DNA of 62,000 nucleotides from Lama guanicoe (Eukaryota). The notes below the pieces were generated by a model. The model saw only the letters and a list, made by a program, of their open reading frames with translations. It searched no databases and was not told the origin of the DNA. The translations under genes and the position numbers were made by a program. Each line of letters begins with the position of its first letter. Position 1 is the stretch's first letter. The DNA is taken from NCBI GenBank assembly GCA_013239625.1, contig MU053652.1:1240001-1302000 (forward strand), read 5' to 3'. Positions 49,000 to 61,784 of this stretch are shown here, one piece after another.

Positions 49000-50480
49000 T
49001 TGTAGAAAAATTTTTACCAGTAGTATTGAAAAAATAAAACACTTGTATCCTACAATTTTTGATGACTACCATTAATATTTTATGTATGATCCTCATGTTT
49101 TAACCACTGTATGTACAGGTGTACACACTTATGTGCACACACATGCACACACTTTGTGGGAGTTTGAAGGTTGGGTAGAAGAGGACAAGTGTGGGCTCAT
49201 TTTGTACTACTATTTCAAAACCTTTAATGCAACAATATAGTGTGAATATTTTTTATGTATATTAATACTCTTCTATAGCAGTCTTTTTATAGATACAGTA
49301 TAGTCTGGATATTTGACCATTTCCCTATTTTTTGGTATTTATGTTTTTTTCTCCTTCTAATATTATGAGCAAACTCAGAAGAAGAATATCCTCTTGACTA
49401 AATCTTTGCTGATATGCATGATGTATTTTCTGTTTTTCAATAAATTTCTGGAAGTAAATTTGTTGGATGAAAGGGTGTATTTTAATGTTTTTATCTTCAT
49501 ACACACAAACACACATGCAATTTTCTCTGCAGGAAGTTTGTATCAGTTTATACTCGTATTAGCCTATTTCCTTGGTCACTAACCAGCATTATAATTTCTT
49601 TGATTACTAACTTGAAAATGAAACAGGATCTCGTTTTTATTTGTTGTTCTTAGTGGGAAGAGAGAGAAAGAGACAGACACACATACATAGACACACACAT
49701 AGAGTTAATTTGAATTGCTCATTCTTAACCTGTTTTCAGTTTACAGTACTGTTTTAAAATATTTTTATGTTTTAATTTGTAGATTATCAAATCTATTGGC
49801 CTTTTTTATAATAATTATATGCTTAGAGAGCTTTGTCTGTAAGATTTATTTAAATAGTATTATTTATACTTTCGTGTTTTCAACTTTTTAACTATGAAAT
49901 TTTTATTCAACCTTGTATTTATTTTGGCTTATGGTATCATACTAGGTTTTTCTAGAAAGTTTTGCCAGTATCAGTGTTTTGAATAATTTATCCATTCTCC
50001 TTAGAGGTATCTTGTTTTTTTTTTTTATACCAGGTTCTGATATAGAATTAAGGCTATTTCTGGCATTTGAATTCGGTTCATTTGGTATGTTTACCAATTC
50101 TTGAACCAGTACCACACTATTAAATTACTGTAGATTTACACTTCAAAAAATATTTGTTATACTGTATAGCACAGGAAGTACATTCAATATCTTATAGTAA
50201 CTTATGGTGAAAAAGAGTATGAAAACGAATATATGTTTGTTCACGTATGACTGAAGCATTATGCTGTACACCAGAAATTGACACATTGTAAACTATGCTT
50301 CAATGAATATACATATACACAAAAAAATTTGTCAAAGCCATTACCCAGTGACTACCATTAATTTTCAGAATTTTTTCAAAATCTATGCTGATCTATCTAT
50401 TCTTCAAAATGAACATTACTCCCTTTTCATTAATTATTTTAATATCCAAGCCCTTTGGTTATTCTTTGTGCATTGTAATA
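49000..50480 (-). mobile_element. Degraded L1ME-type fragments
   Basis: ttctggaagtaaatttgttggatgaaaggg, ttgaataatttatccattctcc, ttcttgaaccagtaccacactattaaattactgtag. Confidence 0.65.
50157..50322 (+). mobile_element. Short camelid-type L1 3' end inserted into older L1
   Basis: tatactgtatagcacagg..ggtgaaaaaga..gactgaagcattatgctgtacaccagaaattgacac. Approximate TSD aaaaaatatttgt / aaaaaaatttgt. Appears to be the same subfamily as 45921-46110. Confidence 0.88.
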
Positions 50481-51499
50481 CCTTTATAAAGTATTTGGAA
50501 TGTATGTATAAATAGAAATTTTTATACTTCTAAAATTTAAATAGTAGGTGGTTTATTCCTTAAAGTATCAATTCATGCTTATTCCTTATCCTTTGTCCTT
50601 TTCTCATTGTTTGCTTGAGTCCCTTCCTCTCTATTTGCTGTCAAATTCTTTATTACTCTTGCATGGTTGGATGCTTTGTAACCCTTGCAGCCAGTAAGAT
50701 GCCTAGTGGTAGATAGCACATGTAATGTGAATTTTGCTATTAATGAATAACATGAGTTTGTTATTTATTGATGTTCACCTTTGAACTTCATTTATATTAT
50801 TCTTCCTGTTTTCATTATGAACAAAGATTTACTTCTTTGCTTTTTTATAGGACATTTATGTCATATATTTTTCTCTTCATGTTTTATGGATGTTGTCTAC
50901 AGTATTTTCAAGTCTAATTCTGGTCTAGATTCCATTATATTATTTTCAGCTCTTCAATGTATTTTATATAGATATCTTTTTTTCATTATAAAAATAGAAG
51001 AAACTATCTCAAAATTCTTATGTATAAAGCCACAGGATTCAATGATGTGAAATTATAGTGGGTTCTTTGGTATCTTCAGAGAGTTGCAATTATTAACACT
51101 GTGAGTAATTTTCTTTTTTCTTAACTTGTAGTTGCTAGAGAACGCTTTAGAAAATTAATGCTTCTGTCAAAAATCTAGATAAGTAGGATCCAGGCTTAGT
51201 CTGGATATGGCAACATTTAAGAGTCCTGCAACTTTTTACTAACTGTGAAAAAAGAAATCTATTTTATACACCATTAAATTGTTACACGTCGTAAATAATT
51301 TATTTCAGCCTTGTTCCCAGCTGTATCAAGGATGATAAACTAGTCACTGTAAGGATTTTTTACATGAATGTAATAGTCTTCCCCTCTCCTTCTACCTTTT
51401 CCCTCTCCCAGGCTCTCTTCTTCATTAGAAAGAAGTGGTTGCTCCCTGAGTGGTCCCAGCCAAAAGATAAAGGCCTAGAATTGTGAAGGGGATCCATTA

Positions 51500-51695
51500 G
51501 GGCACTTCAGGGAGTCAGGTGGCTCAGGATAATTTGCCTCCTTAGCTCCCCTGCTCTCTAAATACGTAACTTTGGCCACAGTCCGGTCTTTCTGAATCTC
51601 AGTTTCCTCATCTTTCAACCAAACATAGGCACCTCCAAGGATTTCTTAAGAATTCAAAGAGATAAGATACTTGAAATTGCTCTGTAAACTGTGCT
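51500..51695 (+). mobile_element. MIR SINE
   Basis: tctctaaatacgtaactttggcca..tctgaatctcagtttcctcatct..gctctgtaaactgt. Confidence 0.75.
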
Positions 51696-54559
51696 TTGTA
51701 TACTCATGTTTGTATACTCATATTAAATCCCTGTAGTTAACTATCACGTAGTTATTTTTGACAGTTTAATGAGGATTATTAGCAAATCCACATACAAATT
51801 CCACAGTTGACCATGGGAAGCCAGGAGCTGCTATAAGTGATCCCTTACCTTGTCCTGTTCTTTTTATAAACATCTCATGCCTCCCTGACTAGATTCCTGC
51901 CCTGTCTGATCACTCACCTATCCCATGGGTTTGGCAGGAAAGCAGTTGGAAAAGCAGGGTAGATGATGGCATTGAAAAGAACAGGACTGAGTTTCTAAGT
52001 TTTGATGTCTCCAGCAATGCAGGGATCCAGGACCACCAGGAAGGGAGGAATTGATTTGTAAAGGTAGAAGGTTTGAAGATTCATGTAGGTTGTTAAGGAG
52101 GGATAGAAAGGTAGGAAATAAGGACGTTATGATTGAAGAAATGGAACCTCAAGTTACTAATCTATGCAGTAGAGCAGACCCTGCAATCCTGCAGCCTAGG
52201 AGTAGCTGTTAAGATGACTGGCTGATGGTCTTAGAGGGGGTATTTTAAGGAGGACAAGGAAAGCCATGGTTTAGAGCTGAAGTGTAGTCCTGCTGAGCAG
52301 TGGGGAGAGTCTCCGTGGAGCATAGCCGCTCGATGACGGCCTTGGGAATGTGACATAGGTGTGGCTGCCTAGGCTGAAGATGCAGCCTTGCAGGGAACTA
52401 GCCTTGCTTGAAGCTGTAAGAAATACAGTGCCTTGTTTTAAGGCATGAATGACTACAAATCTAAAAATTGCTGTTGTAAGCAGTGACCTTAGGCACTGCT
52501 TATGTTGGATGTAGTCACAAATTTGAGGGCAGAATTCAGGAAACTACTGCCCCACCATAATCTTTTTGGTACATTTGAGCACATGGATCATAATGCCTTA
52601 GCAGTTAGAATTATGTAAGAGTGAATAAAAATGGGAGTGCCTTAAAATCAGCTTTAAGTAACTTGAAAAGACATTGGCCATTGAGGAAGTGGCTTCTTTG
52701 ATTATTCTGGAACTTGAATCTTGGATGTGGAGTCTGAGGTCTAAGATTTCCTCTACTCTCTTCTGTTAAAAATGGAAAGTGACAGGGTGAATGCAGCAAT
52801 ACCCTAGTCATTCCATTTCTGAGTAATAATAAGAGTAGTAATACCATGCACTTTTCTTCTTAAGCCCCTATTCCTAGCTTTCTTGAAACCCATTGAATAT
52901 ATTTCTTAATAAGCTTGGTTATGTCTCCACTCCACAATGGTCCACGAAAGATGCAACAATCTACTGTTAGAGGCTATCCCAATAATCTTGGGAGAAATAA
53001 CTGCTAAAAGCCTGACATTGAAGGAGGAGACAAAATATTAAAAGTGGGAGCTGTATTAAAGTACTCCGATCATGAGAATTCCTAGTAATGGTCTTGATTC
53101 ATCCATAAAACAAAACCAAAATCTCAGAAGCACTTTGCTACTTCCCATCCAATTGCCTATAAGGAAATAGGGAAATGAAATACTCAGAGGAAAGATTTCC
53201 CTTACAGATGGCCACAGATTTAATCAGGGATTTAGGATGCACGAGGGGATAAGCCTCAATTATATAGAAAACGCACTTAAATGGAGCACTTTATTTCCCA
53301 GGGACACAAGATAATTGAGTTACACCTAAATCTTGACCCGTCTAACACACACGTGTACACATCTAGTTTCTATGTGCTGAGAGGTGTTAAATGGTTTGAA
53401 AACTGTAATTAAATAGCTGAAATTGTGCTGCAAAATCACTATAAGCATTGCCTCATGTAGTATTTCAATGTTAAGTGCTAAAATTTAATCCAGATAGCTG
53501 TGACTAATCTAGTCTTTATTTGTAACACATTCAAATTAAGAGGTGTATGTTCTTGTTCATGTACTTTCTCATTAACACTAATATTGCTAATGGGAGTGAC
53601 AAATATATTATGTTTTTGCCAATCACTTACACCTTTTAGAAAGCTAGCTCCTTAGAGGAGGTAATTTTCCATGTTATACATTTATAGAGCTGTGTGTTTA
53701 ATAGTTTCTCAAAAGAGAGTATGTCCATAGGGACTATTTATTAGTTGATGGGCTCTGGGGAAAACAAAGTTTGAATTAATCAATTTGAACCATAGAAGAA
53801 ATTATGATGACAATTGCTATAAATGGGAATATCACACTTTTTTGTTCCTATAGGTCTTTTAAGCTCCCCCTCTTCCCTTATTTATTATGAGATTTCAAAG
53901 TTTTTTCCCCAGACTCCTGGCTTTGATGCTTGAATAGCCCCTCTCATTCCTCCTCTTCAAATCCTCCTGTTTGTTCAAAGGACTCCTTGATGGTTAAGAC
54001 AGTGACTGAACAGTTCTTAGTATTTAAAACCGTGTAAAGCCATCTTTTTGTGAATACTCATCTTGTTAAGAGCCAGAATGTTTGGTTATGGTGTTCTTAC
54101 CAACCACCTTAGCAAATACTCTTTTCTCCCTCCAAACCCCACCTTTATGAGAGATTCAGAATGGTATCTGCTCAGGGACTGTCTGCTGCTACCCGGGGTC
54201 TCAGCTCCCCATGACACACTCTTGACATACACACACTCACACTCGCAGTCTCCCACCCCTCACACTCTACACCTGGTGGAAACAGTGGCTGTGTGCTTTG
54301 TGGCTTCTCCAAGCTCCCCAGCTCTCTCCCTCTCTCCCCTCTGTCGCTCTCCCCTCATTGCCCCCTCTCACACACCCCGTGGGCAGTGGCTGTACAGTCC
54401 TCACAACTTCAGCTCCTCTTTGGGTGCTTCTCTCTTCTCCCCAGAGCAGAGATCTAAACTTTCAGTCTGGAAAGCCTTCTCCAGCAGACTCACTGGAGAC
54501 ACATGTATGAGAAGATAGTGGCATGTGGGGATAGTAACCTGGCATTCCTGTTTCCAGTT

Positions 54560-54776
54560 GACACTCATGTTTCCTTAGAGACATTGTTATAAAGAGTGGT
54601 TGGGTTACCTAGGACTGTTAAATGGACATTTTCATGGTAATATAGTCGAACTATATTATAGATTCAATAAGAACTTACCTAGACTCGTTTGGGACTTTGG
54701 TCAGTACATTAATTTCCCAAAACCAAATTCCAGATGACTTTTGGAAACAGCCCATTTCCAAATTGTATACTGTCTA
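54560..54776. mobile_element. Tigger15a/MamRep434-like DNA transposon relic
   Basis: tttccttagagacattgttataaagagtggttgggttacctagg and terminal atgacttttggaaacagcccatttccaaattgtatactgtc. Confidence 0.6.
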
Positions 54777-54829
54777 TATTCTGATTCAGATTGTTTACTC
54801 AGCCTCTGGAAATAAATGGATTAAGTCTG

Positions 54830-55060
54830 CAATGTAGCAGAGAGGAAAGAATATTAATGTTAGAATCAAGAAACTAGAGTGACTCCTGTTATTAGTTTTA
54901 TATTCTTGGGTAAATAGTTTAACCTCCATGAGCTTTAGTATTTCCATCTGTTAAGTGGAGATGGTTAACAGTCACAATACCTAGTCACAGAATGACAAGG
55001 AACATTATATGAGATAATGAGATGAGTACATGCAAATGCCTTGTATGTTGTTATGAAGGA
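54830..55060 (+). mobile_element. MIR SINE
   Basis: aatgtagcagagaggaaaga..ttagaatcaag..cttgggtaaatagtttaacctccatgagctttagtatttccatctgt. Confidence 0.8.
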
Positions 55061-56964
55061 ATGTAAACAAAAGATACAGTTATTTAATATTTAATAATTG
55101 GAATGATAGAAAATAACTGACAGGTCTCTAAAATACAAATTTTAAGTTAGTGAAATGATTTGTTAGGACTTTTAAATTCCTGCCATCTTAAAACACTATT
55201 GATGTTTTTAATAGAGATTTTTAATGAATTAATTTTCTTAATGGCAGCATTTTTGTAAGTAAAACACCTTACAGTAATAAAGTGCTTTGATAAGGCAATG
55301 TCCTTTGACAGATGAAACATCAGTGTCTCTGTGTAACACAGTGCAGACATACCAGCTCTCATATTAAATCTTAATCAGTTACAGTGTTCACTAATTACAA
55401 GAGCTGGTTTATATATTGAGTAAATTGCTGTTTGTAAATGTTGGGTTATATTAACTAACATAGTGTATTTTGAGCCACAGAATAAGCATAAGTTTTGCTA
55501 AAAGCTTTCATCAGTAGCTTGAAGAAGGCACTGCTGCCTAATATTTCAGCCAGTGTGGAAAGGCAGGTAATGACATTATGAATACATTTAAAATGCAGGC
55601 CAATTTCTTCTAAGATGCATGTAAGTATTACTTTACTAGGAGTCTGTGGAAATATGATTTATTTAATGCATTTCAGCCCCCATAATATTAAGATATAATT
55701 GAGAAGTGAAAAAAAATTGCATGTAGTCAGTATGGTACATGAATCATAGACTAAATTGCTTGTAATTTTAAAGGCACTTAAAGGAATTGTGAAATTTATA
55801 TAATGCATTCTTATGTTTGGAAAAGGTTATAAGAACAATAGTCTGGTTATTTTAGTATTTCAGTCCTAAAAATAGGACTCTGAATTGTTATTAAACCTAA
55901 GGCAGCCATACACTGAGCAAACCCAAATCTTTCTATGTCCAGTTTCATTAAGTAATTTTTGTGGGTTTTCCTTTAAACCTCTTATAGTTAGCAAAGTAGT
56001 TGAGCAGCATATAATTTCTATGAAGGCCATAATCTAGTTTTTATAAACTATGCAACCGGATGAATGACAACAACATAAATGTTGCCAGCATGTTTGGAAG
56101 GGAATCAGTTAAATAGTACTTGGAATTTTGATGATTATTGCTTTGAAAAGACTGAAAATCACAGGTCTTGGCTTTATAGTTTAATTACTTGCTTAACAAT
56201 TGCTAGTGATTCACTGAATCACAAGGCTTCCAAACAAATAACATCAGTAGCTGCTGCCATGCCTGAGCAACTCCAATTTTCTTGACAATGGCTACCAAAC
56301 TGTGTTTAGCCTAATATAAACTGTTAGTTTAACAGCAAGCAATAGGAGTTTCAAGCGTGCCATTGATGAGATGCTAGCAAATTGAGCGCTTTACCAGCAG
56401 TGACACTTGTGTCAAGAATAACTTGAGCATGTTTCATCAAGACCAGTGGGAGAAGGAAATACAGTAATTATCCACATCCCTTTTTGATATTGGATTTAAT
56501 AATAACGAGCGCTGTCCAGCTTTCCAGAGCTTCTAATTGATAATACGTTCTCAAGAGCACAGCACGTGTTTGAGTAAAGCTGTGAAACAGGGCAGGCTCA
56601 AGGTTCTCCATACTTTCATGGGCCAGACTCGAAACTACTGGTGGCAGTTTAAAAGAAGAGCAGGTTATAGGCAGAGATTCAGGTGTCCTGGTGGGAGAAT
56701 TTAATTTGTGCCTTTACTGTCCTGTGCTTCTTTCTTCACTGTGTCTTAACGTCGTGGCCGTTCCACGAGTCCACTGCTCTTCCGTCTTGCCCTTTTGCGA
56801 TGGCAAGGTCTTTATTTCAAATGGATTTTTCCAGAATTGGATGAGTTCCTCGGTTTTTATTTATGTATCAGCCACAATCTTTTGCTCACATGAGAATTAT
56901 CTTAACCCTGTTCAGTATTTTACCACTGAAATAATGGAAAAGAAATAGGTCAGACTGCATTTAA

Positions 56965-57180
56965 GCAGTGGTAATAATGCCCAGGGTCTTACTGGGTGCT
57001 TACTCATGCCAGTCACTAAGCCAGGAACTCCACATACATTTTATTAAATTGTTACATCATGAGGTGATAATATTATCCTTATGATAGGAATAACAGAGGC
57101 TTGGAGAAATTAAATAGTTTACCCCAAGTCACTAGGTAGACGATCTGGCTCCAGACCTGTGCTCTAGGCTTTTTGCCATA
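56965..57180 (-). mobile_element. MIR SINE
   Basis: cttactgggtgcttactcatgccagtcact..atgaggtgataatattatcc..acagaggcttggagaaattaaatagtttaccccaagtcac. Confidence 0.8.
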
Positions 57181-57304
57181 CCCTCTCTTTAGTATAAATA
57201 TGTACTCTTAGTTTAATTGTGAGCATTATTTATTGAGGTGAGATACTATATGAAATATGCTCTTTCTTGGTGTAGATGGGTATTTAAAGATGTTATTTAA
57301 ATTA

Positions 57305-57522
57305 GAGCCCACATTAATGCATTTTGCATTGACCCAGTGCATACATGTATATTAATTGAAACATAGGAAATAATACTTCTTGTGATTTATTCTGCTGTTT
57401 TCTGCTCTCATATTTTCTATCTTATTTTACTCTGTCTTCATTTTTAAAAACGGTGGTTGTGATTCACTAAGATAATTTTACAGTCCACTAATAGATAGCA
57501 GCCTACACTTTGAAAATCACTG
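57305..57522. mobile_element. Charlie4-like hAT fragment
   Basis: ggttgtgattcactaagataattttacagtccactaat..cactttgaaaatcactg terminal motif. Confidence 0.6.
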
Positions 57523-58513
57523 AGAATCAGTTCTGGTCTTGTGGGGCTCATGCTGGTCAGTGGAATCTGTGTTCCTCTCTCACCAAGTTTTACTCTCACC
57601 AAGATGTTGCCTCAGGTCTTTGCACTTCTAATTTTGTTAGTTTTCTAATTTTGTGAGACCTTGAGTAGTTTTGCCTGTAGGCATTTGTGAGTGATTGAAT
57701 TCTGAGAATGGATTAATACCTTTCCTGAGGCTCAGAGAGTTTCTCCTTTGCCATTTTATCATGGTCCTTTGGGGGTCCCTTGGACTTTTGGTTACAGAGT
57801 TATGCTCAGAATTAGACTGTCCAGAGGCTGCCTCCCTTTCCTTCTGCAGTACTTCTATGCAGGGAAGTTTATTACAATAATTGAAGGAAACTGAACTAGA
57901 AAAATGTTCTCTCTCAGGTCCTCTCTTCCATTTTGTCTCAAGTTGTATGGGAGACAGTATTCTGGATGTGTTTTAAATAGAGTTGAGAAGATGCAGGGTA
58001 TCCTCTTGCCTTCATCATCTTTGTCTTTGTACCCTTTGTCACGCAGACCTACCTAAGCATTGGCCACCAGGCTAGATGGAGGTTGTTGTCCCACTTGTCT
58101 TTGCCTAGAACCAACTAGAGGCATAGGACTGGGGCCACCTCGCACCCTCTGGACATGAGGTGTCCATGTCATTTCATGCAGTCCCTCCTGGAGCCAGCAA
58201 ACTTGAGTACCTGGTCTGTGCTGGAAGGCTCCAGGGTTGCACCCTTTGAGTATACATTTTAGTGGGGAAGGCAGACAATAAATAAGAAAATTGATATGTA
58301 AATATGTATTTTCCAAATGTGGTAAGTATATGAGGAACAGTGAGGCAGAGGAAGATGTTAGACAGTTGTGACTGCAGCATTTATTTACTTACCTGGGCCC
58401 CACACCCAGGGTTTTTAGTTTCCTCAGCACCTACAGAGCCTCTAAAGAGATAAGAATGTGTAAGTCAAGGCCATCATAGGTTCTTCATTTGTGAGAGGCC
58501 TGTAACTCGAGGA

Positions 58514-58687
58514 CAGTGTTGCGAGGAATAGGTCCACTGCAGTTCGTAGGGCAGTGGCATTGATGTTACTTGGAGGCTTGTTAAAAATGCAGCCTCTCTG
58601 TTCCAACTTGGACATACGGAAGCAGAATCTGCATTTGAACCAGACCCTGGGTGAATCCGTATGCGAAGTGAAGTGTGAGCAGTACTG
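58514..58687. mobile_element. MER5A1 (hAT-Charlie)
   Basis: gcttgttaaaaatgcag..cagaatctgcatttgaaccagaccctgggtgaatccgtatgc..aagtgtgagcagtactg. Confidence 0.82.
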
Positions 58688-58715
58688 CTAGAGTAGTGGC
58701 TCTCAACTTGACTGC

Positions 58716-59185
58716 TGCAGAGAGATAGAGTTGGACGCAATGGGTCAGTCCCAGTAAAATGACATTCGGCCAAATCTTCATGCATTGGGCCAGGGTGGGA
58801 ATGGTCATATGCCCCAGCTTTGCTCACTTCTGCTACTTTTATTAGGGCTGTGCAAAGCACCCTGTCTTGTCCTTTGAAATCACCCACCCCCCTCCTCCCC
58901 AGCTGGAATGGACCACTTGAAATTAGTCCTCTCCCAACATTATTCAGAAATCCTGTGTGTGCACTCCAGCCCTGCATATATATCCCCAGCACCAGGCCTA
59001 ATCCCTTTCTTTCCACTTGCACTTGAGAGCCCTTTTGCTTGTAGCCCCCGTGCCAGGGACTCCCCTCACCATGCCTATGCCTCAGTGCATAATAAACCTT
59101 TGAATCGCTTGTGATCACTGACTCAGCTGTGGTGTGTTTTTACCTCTAGTACTGTTCAAGAGAGAGACCTGCAGGCACAGGTGTG
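58716..59185 (+). mobile_element. ERV(L)-type solo LTR in sense orientation, apparently splitting a MER5B
   Basis: TG start, TATA-like ATATATAT (58976-58983), gggactcccctc motif, AATAAA (59091-59096) and GT-rich downstream element. MER5B-like sequence on both sides (58694-58715 and about 59190-59343). The subfamily is not determined. Confidence 0.65.
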
Positions 59186-59189
59186 GGCT

Positions 59190-59343
59190 GAGTCAAACTA
59201 GGGCTTTTAAAAAAGGTGAGAGGAATCTCAGTTCTCAGACATCCCTCCAAACCAGTGAAATCAGCTTCTCTGCAGGGTGGGACCTAGCATTTTTTAAAAT
59301 CTCCTAGGTGATTCCGAAGGGCAGCTAAGATTGACAGCCTCTC
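59190..59343. mobile_element. MER5B-like remainder
   Basis: gggcttttaaaaaa..accagtgaaatcagcttctctgcagggtgggacctagcattttttaaaatctcctaggtgattcc. Confidence 0.75.
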
Positions 59344-61266
59344 CTCTGGAAGGAAAATATCCTTTATATTGTTAGGGCCCTAGAACATTTTAGAAGTTAC
59401 TTATGATAAATTCTGTTTTAAATGCCCATCATTGAAAAACACCCTTCTCATGCAGATGTGTATGTGTATAGCATGCTGAGTACACTTCTAGAATTGCTTG
59501 GTCCCATTTTCTTACAAAACTTCGGCAGAACTGACAGCAACAAGACAGAGTTACTGGTGTTGAATTTGAAACACTACAATGAGACCAACAGCAGATCCTA
59601 TGGAAAAATGTTGCAACAAATGTGATTCAGTTGGCAAATGAATAATAGCATTTTTGAATTTGAAAAATAACAAATCCTTTTAAATTTTAGGATATTTCTG
59701 CCTGTCATTGTCATCTCCCTTAGACCTGCTTAACATTTATGAAACTGATCAAGACCTAGGCTTATATCTGATTCTGAAAGTGACACCTATAGTCCCAAAC
59801 ATCCACACTCTGGAAGATTCTTGTGTCAGCCTTGCTTCTGCTTTTTGCTTTTCCAGATGACACAGAACAGAAAGGATCAGCTGGGAGTCCCTCAAAGCCC
59901 AACGATTAAATGGAATTACAGAAGGTATTCTGAGGCAGGAAACAATGATTTGATGAAGAGACTCAATGGGAATATTTTTGAGTCTCTTAGATTTTTACAG
60001 AGTTTGATAAACCAGGGCTATAATATAAGCCATGGTTTGGAAGAGAAACCCAGGTTGAAAAACTGAAAAGGAGGTCCCTAAAATTTTGTAGGATGGAAAA
60101 AAGAGAAATTTTAGCAGAAAAGGTTTGCGTGCTAATAACAAGGCTGATTTGAAATCCTGTCCTCCCAGCACTTTGATACACATCTGTCGGTGGTCCGTCT
60201 TTGACTTCAAACCCTGTATGAGCTGGCTTAACTTTCGAATCCTGACTAAAAGGGAACAGCTGGAGGTGGCAGGTTCAGTGGTCGTGCGTGACAGTGATTG
60301 GCTCCCAAGTTGCGTGGGCCAATAAGCAGTTCCTTCCAGGGTGGAGACCGAGGGAAGCGCCTTGCTTGTGCCTTGTCTTAGTGTCTGCATGTCTTTGACA
60401 AGTGAACAATAGGATGCACTGTTTGATTCCAGACTGTCTTGCTTCTTTGCTGTGTCCCTCCTGCAGTCTTTCTCTTTTTATGTCACATTACGTGAGGTGC
60501 TCATCACCTCTCTTTCTTGACCCTGGGCTCCAGTGTTCATTGGTCGTGCTCACCCAGGATGTGCTCTAATTGGCAAAACTGTAACCTGGTAGCAGCAGCC
60601 CGCTCTTTCCATTTCCTAATTGGTGTCGGGGGCGGCTGGTGGAGCCCAGCCATGCTGGATTGATTGATAGATTGGTCGCTGTGACCATCAAGCTTCCATC
60701 TGGCCAACAGGTTTATTCCTTTTGAAACTAAAAATTAAAATGTTAAATATATCCTACAGTGTTCGTAGTGGGTCTGAAAGAAAATCAGCTCTTTATCATT
60801 AAGGAGCCACTTTCATTGTTACCTGAAGGCCCCTTGGGTTTGCAACTTGAAGTTTTGTTCTCTTTCTAGTACACAGCTGGCTGTTTTCTTGCTTTCATAA
60901 TGCAGTGTAAAGCTGCGTTATGTTTCACACCGCCTGCTGCACAGTGGGTTTCTTCATTTCAGAAGTAGTGCAGACATGGTGTTAAATATGTGTGTTTGGG
61001 GTGGAGATGGGGGTGGCATTGAAGACCTGATTCTTACAGAACTTGAAATTTACAAGCTTATTTACATTGGTCAGTGAGAAGGTATTGTTATGTTAAAGAT
61101 GAATTATAAGAAGAGCAAAGTGATACAAGTTCTTTTTTAAAGGCTATTTCATGTAGTTGACATTTATATTGACAATATAACTGAGCATTTAGGCATTTGA
61201 GTGTAATATAATGACCGTTTACCCAAATTAATGCTGAAGTTACAGGCTACAAAATGCTGCATTTTA

Positions 61267-61784
61267 TTTATTTATCTATCCATTTATTTTTTATTGAAAT
61301 ATGGTTGATTTACAGTGTTGTGTTAGTTTCTGGTGTATAGCATAGTGTTTCAGTTTTACATATATATGCATATTCTTTTTCATTATGGGCTATTACAAGA
61401 TATTGAACATAGTTCCCTATAAGATCTTGTTGTTTATATATGTTATATATAGTAATTGGTATCTGCTAATCCCCAAATCCCTAATTTATCCCTTTCCCCC
61501 TTCCCCTTTGGTAACTGTAAGTTTGTTTTCTGTTTTGTAAATAAGTTCACGTGTATCATTTTTTAGATTTTACATGTAAGTGTTATATGATATTTGTGTT
61601 TCTTTGTCCAACTTCACTTAGTATAATAATTTCTCGGTCCCTCCATGTTGCTGCGGATGGCATTATTTCATTCTTCTTTTATGTCTGAATAGTATTCCTG
61701 TGTGTGTGTGTGTGTGTATGTGTACGTGTGTATGTATTGATATTGATTGTATATATATATATATCACATCTTCTTTTTCCCAGG
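61267..61784 (-). mobile_element. Cetartiodactyl-type L1 3' end, 5'-truncated, with TSD
   Basis: ttattgaaatatggttgatttacagtgttgtgttagtttctggtgtatag..ccctttggtaactgtaagtttgttttc..ccatgttgctgcggatggcattatttc. TSD atgctgcatttta (61254-61266 / 61785-61797). Confidence 0.93.

Noticed and set aside
54063..54518. 151-aa ORF
   Set aside because: Low-complexity CT/CA-rich sequence giving S/P/L/H/T-rich translation, with a non-ATG start and no recognisable domain.
54638..54658. Hairpin taatatagt-cga-actatatta
   Set aside because: A short AT-rich palindrome inside a Tigger-like relic, explained by the repeat or by chance.
58474..59118. Longest ORF in the track (214 aa, minus strand)
   Set aside because: It runs across a MER5A1, a MER5B fragment and the antisense of an LTR, resembles no protein I recognise, and is a chance ORF in GC-richer repeat DNA.
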